Shown here: positions 34,495 through 44,121 of the stretch, in pieces
Layout: the number at the start of each line of letters is the position of its first letter
How positions within the stretch are numbered: the stretch's first letter is position 1
Source of the DNA: an uncultured delta proteobacterium
GTDB taxonomy: Bacteria; Myxococcota_A; Polyangia; Polyangiales; Polyangiaceae
Assembly: GCA_963716725.1 (NCBI GenBank)
Contig: CAVQUB010000002.1
Location: forward strand, 224,001-288,000
Reading direction: 5' to 3'
Length of the DNA: 64,000 bases
Notes under the pieces: model-generated
The model's input: the letters and a program-made list of their open reading frames with translations, nothing else
Told to the model about the DNA's origin: nothing
The model's database searches: none
Program-made: the position numbers and the translations under genes

Positions 34495-35415
34495 ATGTTG
34501 ACCAGCCTTGCCAGACCGCGTCTCGGTCTACGAGGTCTCACCTCGCGACGGTCTGCAGAACGAAGCCGCTCCCATCCCGCTCGAGGCCAAGCAGCGATTG
34601 GTCGAAGCGCTATTCCGCGCCGGCGTTCGCGCCTCGAGCTGACCAGCTTCGTCTCTCCGCGCTGGGTGCCTCAGCTCGCAGACGCCGACGAGTTGGTGTC
34701 GCGGCGTGCGGGCTCGGCCCGGCGTCACGCTGAGCGCGCTGTGCCCCAACGCAAAAGGCTTCGAACGCGCCAAGGCGGTGGGCCTGGACGAAATCGCGGT
34801 CTTCATGTCGGCCAGCGAGACCCACAACAAGAAGAACACCAACAAGACCATCGACCAATCCCTCGAGCACTTTCGCCGAAGTAGTCCCGCCGGCGCTGGA
34901 AGCCGGGCATGCGCGGTTCGGGCCTACGTCTCGACCGTCTGGGGCTGCCCCTACGAAGGCGCCGTCGATCCGAGAGCGCTCCCTCGACCATCACCCAGCG
35001 CCTGCTCGACCTCGGCTGCTACCAGGTGTCCCTCGGCGACACCATCGGCGTCGGGACCCCGCTGCAGACCCGCAAGCTCTGCGAGATGTTCCTGGCCGAG
35101 GTGCCGAGCGATCAGCTCGCGCTACACCTGCACGACACCCGGGGGACGGCCCTGGCCAACGCCCTGGTCGGACTCGAGCTCGGCGTGCGCGACTTCGACG
35201 CTTCGGTGGCGGGGCTGGGCGGCTGCCCTTACGCGCCCGGAGCTGCGGGCAACCTCGCGACCGAAGATCTCGTCTACATGCTGCACGGCATGGGCATCGA
35301 GACTGGCATCGACCTGGAGGCGTTGATCGAGGCGGGCCGGGTCGCCGAGGCCGTGACGGGCCGGAGGCTCCCGGGCAAGGTGCACCAGGCCGGTCCCTTC
35401 AAGCTGCGAAGCTGA
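34495..35415 (+). CDS. Hydroxymethylglutaryl-CoA lyase (frameshifted)
   Basis: 'EVSPRDGLQNE', 'SFVSPRWVPQLAD', 'SLGDTIGVG', 'HLHDTRG', 'GLGGCPYAPGAAGNLATED'. Confidence 0.9.
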
Positions 35416-35443
35416 GGGGGGTCTGGCCGGCCTTTGCGGGTCG

Positions 35444-37036
35444 CTACTCGCCCGCCACGCAGGTGAGGCGAGTGAAATATACCTGCCAGCTGCCCGACCG
35501 GCGGTCGTCGAAGAGCACCCCGACGTCACCCTGGGGGCCGAACACGGCAATGGGGGACACGGTGTCGCTCGGGTTGTTGGTGACGCGCTTGCGGGGCGAG
35601 ATCACCTCGAGGTCGTTGGACATCATCTGGGTGTAGAGCTCGTAGTTGCCGTCGTGATCGTCGGCCCAGAGCAGGAGCAGCCGGTCGCCGAGGGGAAGCA
35701 TCCACTGGGTGCGCGCGAACTGGGCGCCCGAGGTGATCTTCTTGTCCTTGACCAACACCGTACCGTCTTCCTTCACCACTGCGGCCCAGATGGCGCTTCC
35801 GGGCACTCCGTTCGGGCGCTTGCTGTAGGCGACGATGTAGCGGTCTTTGTTCCAGATGATGGTGGGATCCACCGCGCTGTCGTCGCTCAGCGTGATCACC
35901 GCGCTCGGCGAGGTCAGATCCGGCGCCAGGGTCCGCATGCCGACCTTCTTGGACAGGGACGAGACCATGTTGAAGGCCATGCCGATGGTCTTTTCGCCTT
36001 CGGCGATGCGTGGGCTCTCGGCGTGCAGGTTCGGTCCCGTGAGCTCGACGTTGCCGCCGAGGAGCTTTCCTTCCACGTCGATACGCTGGCCGTACACCCG
36101 ATAGTCGTTGGGCCCGTTGCGGCGGTCGTCCCAGACCAGGATGAACTCGGACCCGTTCCAGATCATGCTCGCGTGCAGCGAGAACCCGGGGGCGTTGGTC
36201 ACCCGCACGTCCGGGCCCAGCTTCTGGCCCGTCGCGTCGATCCGATTGAAGTAGATCTCGTAGTCGTTGTCCCGGCGGTCTTCCCAAGCCGTGCCGAAGA
36301 TGGCGCCGGTCCAGACCATGGGTCCGGTGAAGGTGTCGCTGGGCACGTTCGTGATCGGCGAATCGCCGAACTTGGTGCTGCCGTCCGCGCTCAGGCCCTT
36401 CACGTAGGTGCGCCAGGCGCTCTTCTGCCCAGCGTAGGCTGCGGCATAAAAGTCGTCGTTGTAGGCGATACCGCCGCGCCCGGCTTGGATCTGGTCGAGC
36501 CCCGAGACCCGCACGTCGCCGCCGCCCACCGGGACGTAGCTCATGCCCTCGTCGATCACGCCGTTGCAGTTGTTGTCGACGCCGTCGCACACCTCGGTGC
36601 CGCCCGGGTAGGCCTTCGCGCTGGTGTCGTCACAGTCGTCGCCGCAGGAGCCCGGCGCGCCCGGGGCAAAGCCCGGCCGCGGGCCCTTGAAGCCGTCTTT
36701 GTCCTGATCCAGCGCGAGCTCGCGGAAATCGCAGCTACCGTTCTCCGGGAGGCAGGTGTCCTCGGTGCAGGGATCCTCGTCGTCACACTCGACGGTCAGG
36801 GGCTGGGCGCATTTGCCCTCGACGCAGGCCGTGCGGACGCAGAGATCCTCGGTGGCGCAGTCCTCGTCCGTGATGCAGTCGGGCATCGGCACGTCAGGAG
36901 TCGCGTCCATCGCGTCGGGGCCCGCGTCGGTGTCCGAGATTCGGAGCCCGCTCTTGCTGCCGCAGCTCACGGTCGCCGCGGGGGCAATGACGAACGCCAC
37001 GCTGAGCGCGATCAGCGCTCGACGAATCAGTAGCAT
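35444..37036 (-). CDS. Cys-rich lipoprotein with putative metal-binding motif and beta-propeller-like C-terminus
   Basis: Lipobox 'TVSCG'; 'DQDKDGF', 'DCDD...YPGGTEVCDGVDNNCNG'; repeated 'WxDxRxxxYEIY' blades. Confidence 0.75.
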   Translation of the reverse strand: MLLIRRALIALSVAFVIAPAATVSCGSKSGLRISDTDAGPDAMDATPDVPMPDCITDEDCATEDLCVRTACVEGKCAQPLTVECDDEDPCTEDTCLPENGSCDFRELALDQDKDGFKGPRPGFAPGAPGSCGDDCDDTSAKAYPGGTEVCDGVDNNCNGVIDEGMSYVPVGGGDVRVSGLDQIQAGRGGIAYNDDFYAAAYAGQKSAWRTYVKGLSADGSTKFGDSPITNVPSDTFTGPMVWTGAIFGTAWEDRRDNDYEIYFNRIDATGQKLGPDVRVTNAPGFSLHASMIWNGSEFILVWDDRRNGPNDYRVYGQRIDVEGKLLGGNVELTGPNLHAESPRIAEGEKTIGMAFNMVSSLSKKVGMRTLAPDLTSPSAVITLSDDSAVDPTIIWNKDRYIVAYSKRPNGVPGSAIWAAVVKEDGTVLVKDKKITSGAQFARTQWMLPLGDRLLLLWADDHDGNYELYTQMMSNDLEVISPRKRVTNNPSDTVSPIAVFGPQGDVGVLFDDRRSGSWQVYFTRLTCVAGE

Positions 37037-37624
37037 CCGCCCACTCCCTCGACGTCGATGGGAACGCAGAAGAGCCCGGGCGGGCACTTGGCCGCGCCGA
37101 AGAGATCGCAGAATCTGCACGCACTCGGTGCCCTGGCCGGTCACCACGCAAACGAAGCCGCCCGCGCAGTTCGAGCCGCCGCAGGCGTCGCCTTGTTTCC
37201 CAGTGCCGACCGGCGCGCAGACCGAGCCAAACACCTCTTGGTCGCACTTCTTGGTTGGATACTGGACGAAGGGGTAACACCCCTCGTTGGGCGGACAGGT
37301 GTTGGGGCCGAAGAGATCGCACTCCTTGATGGGTGGTGGAGGCGCCGCGTCCGGACAGCCGGGATCGATGTAGGTCCCGCCACTGCCGCCGCTGCCCCCG
37401 GTTCCGCCCGTCCCGCCCGTGAAGCCACCGGTTCCGCCACCGGTCGGCACCCCGCCGAAGCCCCCGGTCGTGATCCCACCGGTCCCGCCGGACGTCGTCC
37501 CGCCAGAAGCGGAGCCCCCGGTCCCGTCCTTGTCCCCCGCGACGCTGCCGCCGCAGGCGGCCGCGACAAGCAGCGCGGCGACCGCAGAGGCCGAACCCCA
37601 CACACCACCAAGCCCGAAGCGCAT
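37027..37624 (-). CDS. Small Gly/Cys-rich lipoprotein (one frameshift near 37.11 kb)
   Basis: Lipobox AAAC, Gly-rich linker, Cys-rich domain; natural end 'VPIDVEGVGGCY*' lies in a shifted frame. Confidence 0.6.
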
Positions 37625-37829
37625 TGGCGCGAGACTAGCAGGGTTCGTGCCACAGCTCACTGCGGTCGAAGCCCATGCGCCGCCCGGTTCGCATCGACGC
37701 TTTCCGGCGGGCCGTGCGGATTCTGACGTCCCGATCCGCTCGGTCACTCGGCCGGTGCTTGCCGGAAGTTCCGGCACGGGCTACCCGTGGCGCCGTCGCC
37801 GTGACGTCGGCGGCACAGGTGTGTCCACG

Positions 37830-38447
37830 ATGACTTACAGGTCAGTCCTCGCGTTGTCGGTTCTGTCCCTGCTCGGCTGCGGGCGGAGCGAGGAACCCGC
37901 CGGAGCCCGCCCCGCCCGGGCCGCGACGGCGGAGGTCGCCGCTCCGACCCGCAGCACCGCGTCGGCGGCCGCGCCCGCGGAGAAGCCTCGCTGCGTCATT
38001 GCGACCTCGACGACTCCGGCCGCGCAGGCCGAGCCCGCGCGCCAATGCCCTCCAGATCCGACCGGCAACCTGAGCCTCCGCCGGGGCCACGTGACCTTCG
38101 CCGACGCGCCCGGCACGCCGCGCGTCGAGGTCGAGGTCGCCGACCAACCCGAGGGCCGTGAACGCGGCCTGATGTATCGGACCGGGATGCCGGAGGGAGC
38201 GGGCATGCTGTTCTCATGGCCGGACGAACAGGTGCGGAACTTCTGGATGCGCAACACCTGCCTCCCCCTCGACATGCTGTTCATCGACTCGCGCGGCTTC
38301 ATCGTGGGCATCTTGGAGCAAGTGCCCACCATGAACGAAGCGTCTCGGACCATCCCCTGCCCCGCAACCCACGTCCTCGAGCTCAATGCTGGATGGACCC
38401 GATCCCGCGGTGTGGTCGCCGGCCAGCGGCTCCGCATCGAACCCTGA
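37830..38447 (+). CDS. DUF192-domain lipoprotein
   Basis: 'VEVAD...RERGLMYR...GMLF...FWMRNTCLPLDMLFID...VLELNAG'. Confidence 0.9.
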   Translation: MTYRSVLALSVLSLLGCGRSEEPAGARPARAATAEVAAPTRSTASAAAPAEKPRCVIATSTTPAAQAEPARQCPPDPTGNLSLRRGHVTFADAPGTPRVEVEVADQPEGRERGLMYRTGMPEGAGMLFSWPDEQVRNFWMRNTCLPLDMLFIDSRGFIVGILEQVPTMNEASRTIPCPATHVLELNAGWTRSRGVVAGQRLRIEP

Positions 38448-38465
38448 ACGTCGAAGAGTGATCCC

Positions 38466-39338
38466 ATGAACCGATTGAACGTCGTCGTCTTCCTTCCTCT
38501 CGTGCTCGTCGCCTGCGAGGAGCCGCCTCCAGAGCCGGAGCCGCCCGCGCGCGCGGTCGCCACGCCGGCGCCCACGGCGGTCGCGAGCGGAGCCATCGAC
38601 CTCACGCATCGCGCGGCCATGACCGCCGCGGCCCGACCGGCCCCGGCACCCTCCGAGCGCAAGATCGCCGCCAAGCCGGTGGCGGATGTGAAACCGAGCC
38701 CCGACGATCCGCTCGGCGGCAAGTTCTCCCTCGCGGACGCGACCAAGGGGTTGACCGGGAAGGGCACGCTCATCGCCGAGATCAAGACCGCCAAGGGCAC
38801 GCTCTCTTGCACCCTCTACGAGGACAAGGCGCCGCTCACGGTCGCGAACTTCGTCGGGCTCGCGCGGGGACTGCGCCCGTGGAAGACGCCGCAGGGCAAA
38901 TGGGAGAAGAAGCCGGGCTACGACGGGACCACGTTCCACCGCGTCGTGAAGGGCTTCATGATCCAGGGCGGCGATCCGGCGGGCACCGGTTCGGGCGAAC
39001 CCGGCTATGTGATCCCCGACGAGGTGTGGGAGGACGCCCTCCACGATCAGCGCGGCCTGCTCTGCATGGCGAACCGCGGCCCGAACACCAACGGCATGCA
39101 GTTCTTCGTCACGGACGGCGTCGCCGCCCACCTGGACGGCGGCTACACCATCTTCGGAAAATGCGAGCCCGAGACGGTGGTCGAGGCGCTGGCGAACAGC
39201 CCGGTTCAGGGCGAACGCGCGGTCCCTCCTCCAAAGATCGAGAAGGTCACCATCAGGCGTTTGGCCAAGCCTGCCGCGGCGCCGGCCGCGGCCGCCAGCG
39301 GCGCCCCCTCCCCGGCCCCGGCGCCCAGCGCCAAGTGA
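38466..39338 (+). CDS. Cyclophilin-type peptidyl-prolyl isomerase lipoprotein
   Basis: APLTVANFVGLA, FHRVVKGFMIQGGDP, MANRGPNTNG.QFF, HLDGGYTIFG. Confidence 0.93.
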   Translation: MNRLNVVVFLPLVLVACEEPPPEPEPPARAVATPAPTAVASGAIDLTHRAAMTAAARPAPAPSERKIAAKPVADVKPSPDDPLGGKFSLADATKGLTGKGTLIAEIKTAKGTLSCTLYEDKAPLTVANFVGLARGLRPWKTPQGKWEKKPGYDGTTFHRVVKGFMIQGGDPAGTGSGEPGYVIPDEVWEDALHDQRGLLCMANRGPNTNGMQFFVTDGVAAHLDGGYTIFGKCEPETVVEALANSPVQGERAVPPPKIEKVTIRRLAKPAAAPAAAASGAPSPAPAPSAK

Positions 39339-39414
39339 GCGCTCGAACTTAACTGCACCGGCCGCGCCGCGGGCGGTGTAAGCAGAGGACCGTGAAGAAC
39401 GTTTGGGTGCGGCC

Positions 39415-40314
39415 ATGAAGGATCTGCAGACGAGAGTGTGCTCGTGGGGGCGAGTCGCCGTACTGATGCTGGTCGCGTGGAGCGCCATGGGTTGCGGCGG
39501 AGGCGCCCTCGCCGCCGCAGCACCGGAGGCCCCCATGGCTCCCGAAGCGACCGCGACCGCGGCGCCGGAGGAGGTCGACATCGACCGAAAGGACTCGAGC
39601 GGCGATGAGGCCACGCTCTACAAAAAGGCCGAGGCAGGTCCGATTCCGGCACGGGGAGGCATGGCTCAAGCCACGCCACCGTCGCCGCCGACGACGAATA
39701 AAGACCCCGCGGTCCACGACTCCGCGACGATCGGCAAGGAGCAAGCCGCGGTGGCCACGGGCTCGGACGGCAAGGCCGTCGCCGGCCCGTTGCTGATCTA
39801 CAAGGCCCAGATCTATCTGGCCGTGTTCGAGGCTCGGAAATCCATCGACGCCGTCGAGAAGCTCGCGAAAGAGAACGGCGGCTACCTGGTCTCGCGGGAG
39901 GATTCACGCATCACCATCCGCATTCCGGCCGGCAAGTTCGACGGCGCCATCGACGAGATCGCGAAGATGGGCGACCTCTTGCACCGCAACGTGAACGTGC
40001 AAGACGTGACCGCCGAGTACACCGACTTGGCGATCCGCATGCGAAACCTCGAGGTGATGCGCGAGCGACTCGAGGAGCTTCTGAAGAAGGCCGCCAAGGT
40101 CGAAGAGGCCCTGGCCGTCGAGCGCGAGCTCGAGCGAGTGGCCGGGCAACTCGAGCGCATCAAGGGGCGGCTCAAGCTCCTGCGTGAGCTGGTGAGCTTC
40201 TCGACCATCACCGTAGAGTTTCAACCGCGACCAGTCGATCACGTGAACTCCAAAGTGCATTTGCCGTTCCCGTGGTTAGATCGGCTCGGGCTCGGAGAGC
40301 TACTGCGTCTGTGA
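39415..40314 (+). CDS. DUF4349-domain lipoprotein
   Basis: 'GGYL...IRIPA..FD', 'QDVTAEYTDL..R', 'ERELERV..QLERIKG...FSTITV'. Confidence 0.85.
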   Translation: MKDLQTRVCSWGRVAVLMLVAWSAMGCGGGALAAAAPEAPMAPEATATAAPEEVDIDRKDSSGDEATLYKKAEAGPIPARGGMAQATPPSPPTTNKDPAVHDSATIGKEQAAVATGSDGKAVAGPLLIYKAQIYLAVFEARKSIDAVEKLAKENGGYLVSREDSRITIRIPAGKFDGAIDEIAKMGDLLHRNVNVQDVTAEYTDLAIRMRNLEVMRERLEELLKKAAKVEEALAVERELERVAGQLERIKGRLKLLRELVSFSTITVEFQPRPVDHVNSKVHLPFPWLDRLGLGELLRL

Positions 40315-40321
40315 CAGGAGA

Positions 40322-40789
40322 ATGGCCATGAAGCGCATCATATCGGCTCTAGCTCTGGCAGCCCTGGCCCTGGTCGGCTGCGGCCACCATTTCGAGGCGA
40401 CGACCCCACAGGGCTTCGTCGAGCTCGAAGATCAAGAAGCCTACGACTACCGAGCGACCACCGCTGACGGCCTGGTGATCGCGGTTCGAGAGATCGATCA
40501 CGATCCGAAGGGGGAAGTGAACTTCTGGGTTCGCGCCATCGAGAACCGCATGCGGCAGCGCGGTGGCTACGCTCTGGTCGGCACGAAGGACGTCAAGACC
40601 CAGAGCGGACTCGGTGGCAAGCAGCTCCGCTTCGGCCACGACGAGAGCGGGAAGCCGCACCTCTACTACGTCACGATCTTCGTGACCCCGGATCACATCT
40701 TCTTGCTCGAGGCCGGAGGCACCAAAGAGCTGATGGACAAGGGCGGCCCCGAACTCGACCAGGCCATCGCCGGCTTCCGCGTGAAGTGA
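40322..40789 (+). CDS. Hypothetical lipoprotein
   Basis: AGGAG RBS, lipobox LVGC, co-oriented 7 nt after the DUF4349 gene. Confidence 0.7.
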   Translation: MAMKRIISALALAALALVGCGHHFEATTPQGFVELEDQEAYDYRATTADGLVIAVREIDHDPKGEVNFWVRAIENRMRQRGGYALVGTKDVKTQSGLGGKQLRFGHDESGKPHLYYVTIFVTPDHIFLLEAGGTKELMDKGGPELDQAIAGFRVK

Positions 40790-40813
40790 CAGGCCGAGCT
40801 CCCGCCGACCGCG

Positions 40814-41722
40814 TCATTCCGGACGAGGGTGGCGCCGCCGGAAGAGGACCGCGCTGCGCCCCCAGCGGTGGCGAAACATGATCGGCAGCGCAAACGCGGG
40901 AGAAGCTCCGGCGTAGAAGAGCGCCGTGTAGAGCACATGCGCCTGCTCGGGCTGCCCAGGGAAGAAGAAGTGCACGAGCAAGAGCGCGACGCCGACGTTG
41001 CGCACAGCCACTTCGATCGTGGTCGCGACGGTGTCGTCGTCGTAGCGGCCCAGCGCCCGCATCAGCTGGGGAACGCCGAGGGCGAGGCTCGCGCCGAAGG
41101 CGACGATCACCAGGGGCGGCTGCCAACCAAACTCGACCACGCGGATCTTCCCGCTTCCCAGCGCGCCGAGCGTGATGAGGGCGATCAGCGAGAGCGCGCC
41201 ACGGATGCTCCACCTGCTGACCGCTGCCGAACGACCGGGGGCGAATCGACGCAGCACCATGCCCGCGGCCAGAGGGATCAACAGGTAGGCGAAGATCTCG
41301 ACCACGATGCGTTGGGTGGGAAGAACGAAGCCCGGCGGCAGGTGGGACCGCGCGGCGACCCGAAGCACCAGGGGCACCGTGGCGATGCAGCCCAAGGTGC
41401 TGACCGTGGTGATCGCGATGCTCAGCGGCACGTTGCCCCGTCCAAAGAAGGTCAGGAGATTGGAGAAGGCACCGCCCGGAACCGCCGCCACCAGCAGCAG
41501 GCCCACCGCCCAGCCCTTGCCCAGCCCCAAGGCCTGCGCGAGGCCAACGGCCAGCAGTGGCACGCAGACCACCTGAACGATGAGCCCCAAAGCCAACCCG
41601 CTCGGGTCGCGCACGATGGACTTGAAGTCGGCCAGCGTCATCGTCGCGCCCATGCCCGCCATCGCGAGCACGAGCTGGAGCGGCACCAACACGACGTCCA
41701 GGGAAGCGAGAGCGTGGAACAC
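40814..41722 (-). CDS. Bile acid:sodium symporter (BASS/SBF) family transporter
   Basis: 'MAGMGATMT..DF', 'Q...VP', 'PGGAFSNL', 'GNVPLSI', 'IEVAVRN'. Confidence 0.88.
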   Translation of the reverse strand: MFHALASLDVVLVPLQLVLAMAGMGATMTLADFKSIVRDPSGLALGLIVQVVCVPLLAVGLAQALGLGKGWAVGLLLVAAVPGGAFSNLLTFFGRGNVPLSIAITTVSTLGCIATVPLVLRVAARSHLPPGFVLPTQRIVVEIFAYLLIPLAAGMVLRRFAPGRSAAVSRWSIRGALSLIALITLGALGSGKIRVVEFGWQPPLVIVAFGASLALGVPQLMRALGRYDDDTVATTIEVAVRNVGVALLLVHFFFPGQPEQAHVLYTALFYAGASPAFALPIMFRHRWGRSAVLFRRRHPRPE

Positions 41723-41783
41723 CGAGAGCGCCCTCTACCCCGAGCCTGAGCGGAGGCAAACGCCGGAATCGGCAGGTCGCCGG

Positions 41784-43154
41784 TCAGTCCGGTTGGTACA
41801 TCACCGTCTGCGAGCCCTCTTGATGGTAGTACTTCGCGAATCGCGGGCGCTGGAAGCTGAGCGCACCAAATGAGTTGACCACGATGCTCCAGACCGCCGT
41901 GGCGTAGAACAGAGGTCCGAGCCGGAACCCGCCGACGGCGAAGAGGCAGAACAAGAACACCGAGTAGTCGTTCGAGAAGCGGTAGCCGAACTGCACCCAG
42001 CCGGTGTTTTGGTAGAAGAGCGTCGGCACCGCGACGGCGAGGGCCGTGAGCGTCAGCGCCCAGTGCACACGCGTCCACTTTCGGGGCCAGAGCAGCCACA
42101 AATACAGGGGCGTGGTCACCCACAGCGCGAGCCCGTGAGCGTTGATCTGAAAGCGTGGGTCGGCTGGCGCCTTGGCGATCCACGGTAGGCTCGTCAGGAC
42201 GACGCCCAGGTTCTTGCCGAAGTAGTGGTAGCTGAAGAGCCCCCACTTCTCCATGCGGGGCCGCCACAATACCGTGAGGTAGCGGTAGCCGAACTCGAAG
42301 GCATCGCCGAAGCGCGCTCGGTTGTACCAGGCCGCGATGGCGAGCACCGCCACCAGCGGCGCCCCGAAGGCCAGTATCAGCGAGAAGAAGCGTCGTCGAT
42401 CGATGGTCGCCCACGCGACCCGCAGCCGACGCCCGAGCGCTACCAAGCCGCGTTCACCCGGGACGGACGCGTCGTTCGCCTGCCCTCCCATCGAAACTCG
42501 AAACGCCTCGAAGACGAAGAGCGGGACGGCGTAGAGCATGGGCGCTCGGGTGAGAAACCCGACCCCGACCAACACGCCCGCGAGCACCGGCCTCTCGGCG
42601 TCGAGGGCGCACAGCACGTACAAGGCGGCGATAGCCGTGCCGACGACGTGGGCCGCAAACCAGACCGTGCCCTGCTCCGCAGTGAAGAAGTACACCGTCC
42701 CGAAGGCGAAGAGCAGGCTGAGCAGCAGGCTGAACCTCGTTGTTCGCCCGGTGAGTCCCATGCGCCGCAGCTTCTCGATGCACAAGAACAGCACCGCAGG
42801 CGCAATGCCCGCCAGCCAAAGGAAGAACTGACCGTCTTGCACTCGAACCGCGCTGCCGCCCAGCTTGACCAGGGGCAGGAGCAGCAGCGCCGGGAAGGGC
42901 GGAAAGACGATGAACCATCGCCCCCCTACCTCCGCAAAATCGTTGTTCTGCGCGTAGCCGGGCGGCGGCCCACCGAGGTCGAGCCGCCCCTTCAGCCAGC
43001 CTTCGGCGAGCAGCGCGAAGTGGTTGAAGGGCGTGTGCTCGGTGAGCGTCTGCCGGGACGCGCAGGCAAAGTAGACCGCGGTCGCGGCAACGTAGACCAC
43101 GAACGCGAGAGTCAGTCGGCGTGCGCGCCCGTCGTCGCGGAGCCTCGACCACAT
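41784..43154 (-). CDS. Polytopic membrane protein, GT-C (PMT-like) glycosyltransferase candidate
   Basis: About 10 TM segments, periplasmic loop with 'NDF...FPP.PA', 'WYN.ARFG..FEFGY', 'QFGYRF..D'. Confidence 0.6.
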   Translation of the reverse strand: MWSRLRDDGRARRLTLAFVVYVAATAVYFACASRQTLTEHTPFNHFALLAEGWLKGRLDLGGPPPGYAQNNDFAEVGGRWFIVFPPFPALLLLPLVKLGGSAVRVQDGQFFLWLAGIAPAVLFLCIEKLRRMGLTGRTTRFSLLLSLLFAFGTVYFFTAEQGTVWFAAHVVGTAIAALYVLCALDAERPVLAGVLVGVGFLTRAPMLYAVPLFVFEAFRVSMGGQANDASVPGERGLVALGRRLRVAWATIDRRRFFSLILAFGAPLVAVLAIAAWYNRARFGDAFEFGYRYLTVLWRPRMEKWGLFSYHYFGKNLGVVLTSLPWIAKAPADPRFQINAHGLALWVTTPLYLWLLWPRKWTRVHWALTLTALAVAVPTLFYQNTGWVQFGYRFSNDYSVFLFCLFAVGGFRLGPLFYATAVWSIVVNSFGALSFQRPRFAKYYHQEGSQTVMYQPD

Positions 43155-43218
43155 CGCCGCCGCAAGCTACCACAGGCTGAGGGTCGACAAATCCCGGGAC
43201 TGGTGTACCTTCCGCGCC

Positions 43219-43836
43219 GTGTCCAAGCCGCTGCTCAGCGTTCCACTCGCCGATCTGGAGCGCGGTCCTCTCGACGTGGGATGGGACCTCGGGGAGGCCT
43301 GGCTCGCCGACTGCCTCGAGGGCACCGACGCGACCGCGGTCGGCCCGGGCAGGTTCGACGCGCGACTGACCCTGACCGGCGACGAGGTGCTCGTCCAGGG
43401 CCGTGCACGGGCGAAAGTGACAGTCCCGGAGGCCCGCACGCTCGACCCCGTGGAGCTGACCCTCGAGAGCGAGGTGGTCTTGATGCTCTCGCCCCGGCCG
43501 ACCGACGTCGGGCCCAAGCGCACCCGGCAGCCCAAGAAGAACCCCGAGAAAACCGCGACCAAGCCGCCTCCGAAGGCCTGGAAGGCCGCCCCCGAGCTGA
43601 GCGACGACGAGGCCGGGCGGGACACCTATTGTGGTGACGTGGTCATGCTCGACGACTTCGTCCGGGAGTTCCTGCTGCTCGAGCTGCCCATCGTCGTACA
43701 TAAGGACTTGCCAGCCGACCCCGCACCCGGTATCGCTCCGCCCCCGGCTCTGGTCCCGGAGCCTGAACGGCGAGTCGATCCCCGGCTCGCCCCGCTCGCA
43801 GCGATCGCTGAGCGACTGCGCGAGCGAAAGAACTAA
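43219..43836 (+). CDS. yceD: YceD/DUF177 family protein
   Basis: Position directly before rpmF; 'LDDFVREFLLLELP', 'DPRLAPL'. Confidence 0.8.
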   Translation: MSKPLLSVPLADLERGPLDVGWDLGEAWLADCLEGTDATAVGPGRFDARLTLTGDEVLVQGRARAKVTVPEARTLDPVELTLESEVVLMLSPRPTDVGPKRTRQPKKNPEKTATKPPPKAWKAAPELSDDEAGRDTYCGDVVMLDDFVREFLLLELPIVVHKDLPADPAPGIAPPPALVPEPERRVDPRLAPLAAIAERLRERKN

Positions 43837-43848
43837 GGAGCGATTCCC

Positions 43849-44040
43849 GTGGCGGTTCCGAAGCGACGAAACACTTCCAGCAAGCGCAACACGCGACGCG
43901 CGAACCACGACAAAGTGGCGGCGCCCAACATCGTGCCCTGCACCAACTGCTCGGCCCCCATGGTGTCGCACCGGGTCTGTCCCTCCTGCGGCTTCTACAA
44001 GGGCAAACCGGTCGGCAAAGCTCCCGCTGAAGAAACCTGA
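43849..44040 (+). CDS. rpmF: 50S ribosomal protein L32
   Basis: MAVPKRR...CTNC...HRVCPSCGFYKG; AAGGAG RBS. Confidence 0.96.
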   Translation: MAVPKRRNTSSKRNTRRANHDKVAAPNIVPCTNCSAPMVSHRVCPSCGFYKGKPVGKAPAEET

Positions 44041-44121
44041 CCGGCGCGACCGCGCGGGCAGCGGCCCAGGCGCACCGCTTTTTGCGGTGACGTCCTGCGC
44101 GAGCGATCGTACGCAGCGAGC

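Noticed and set aside
37370..37530. Repetitive GGC/ACC-rich tract
   Set aside because: Encodes an ordinary Gly/Thr/Ser linker typical of myxobacterial lipoproteins; not a DNA-level element.
35444..37777. 777-aa single ORF in the ORF track
   Set aside because: It contains an internal second signal peptide and lipobox (MLLIRR...TVSC at 37036), and the first protein's natural Cys-ending C-terminus lies in another frame. It is two genes fused by an indel near 37.11 kb.
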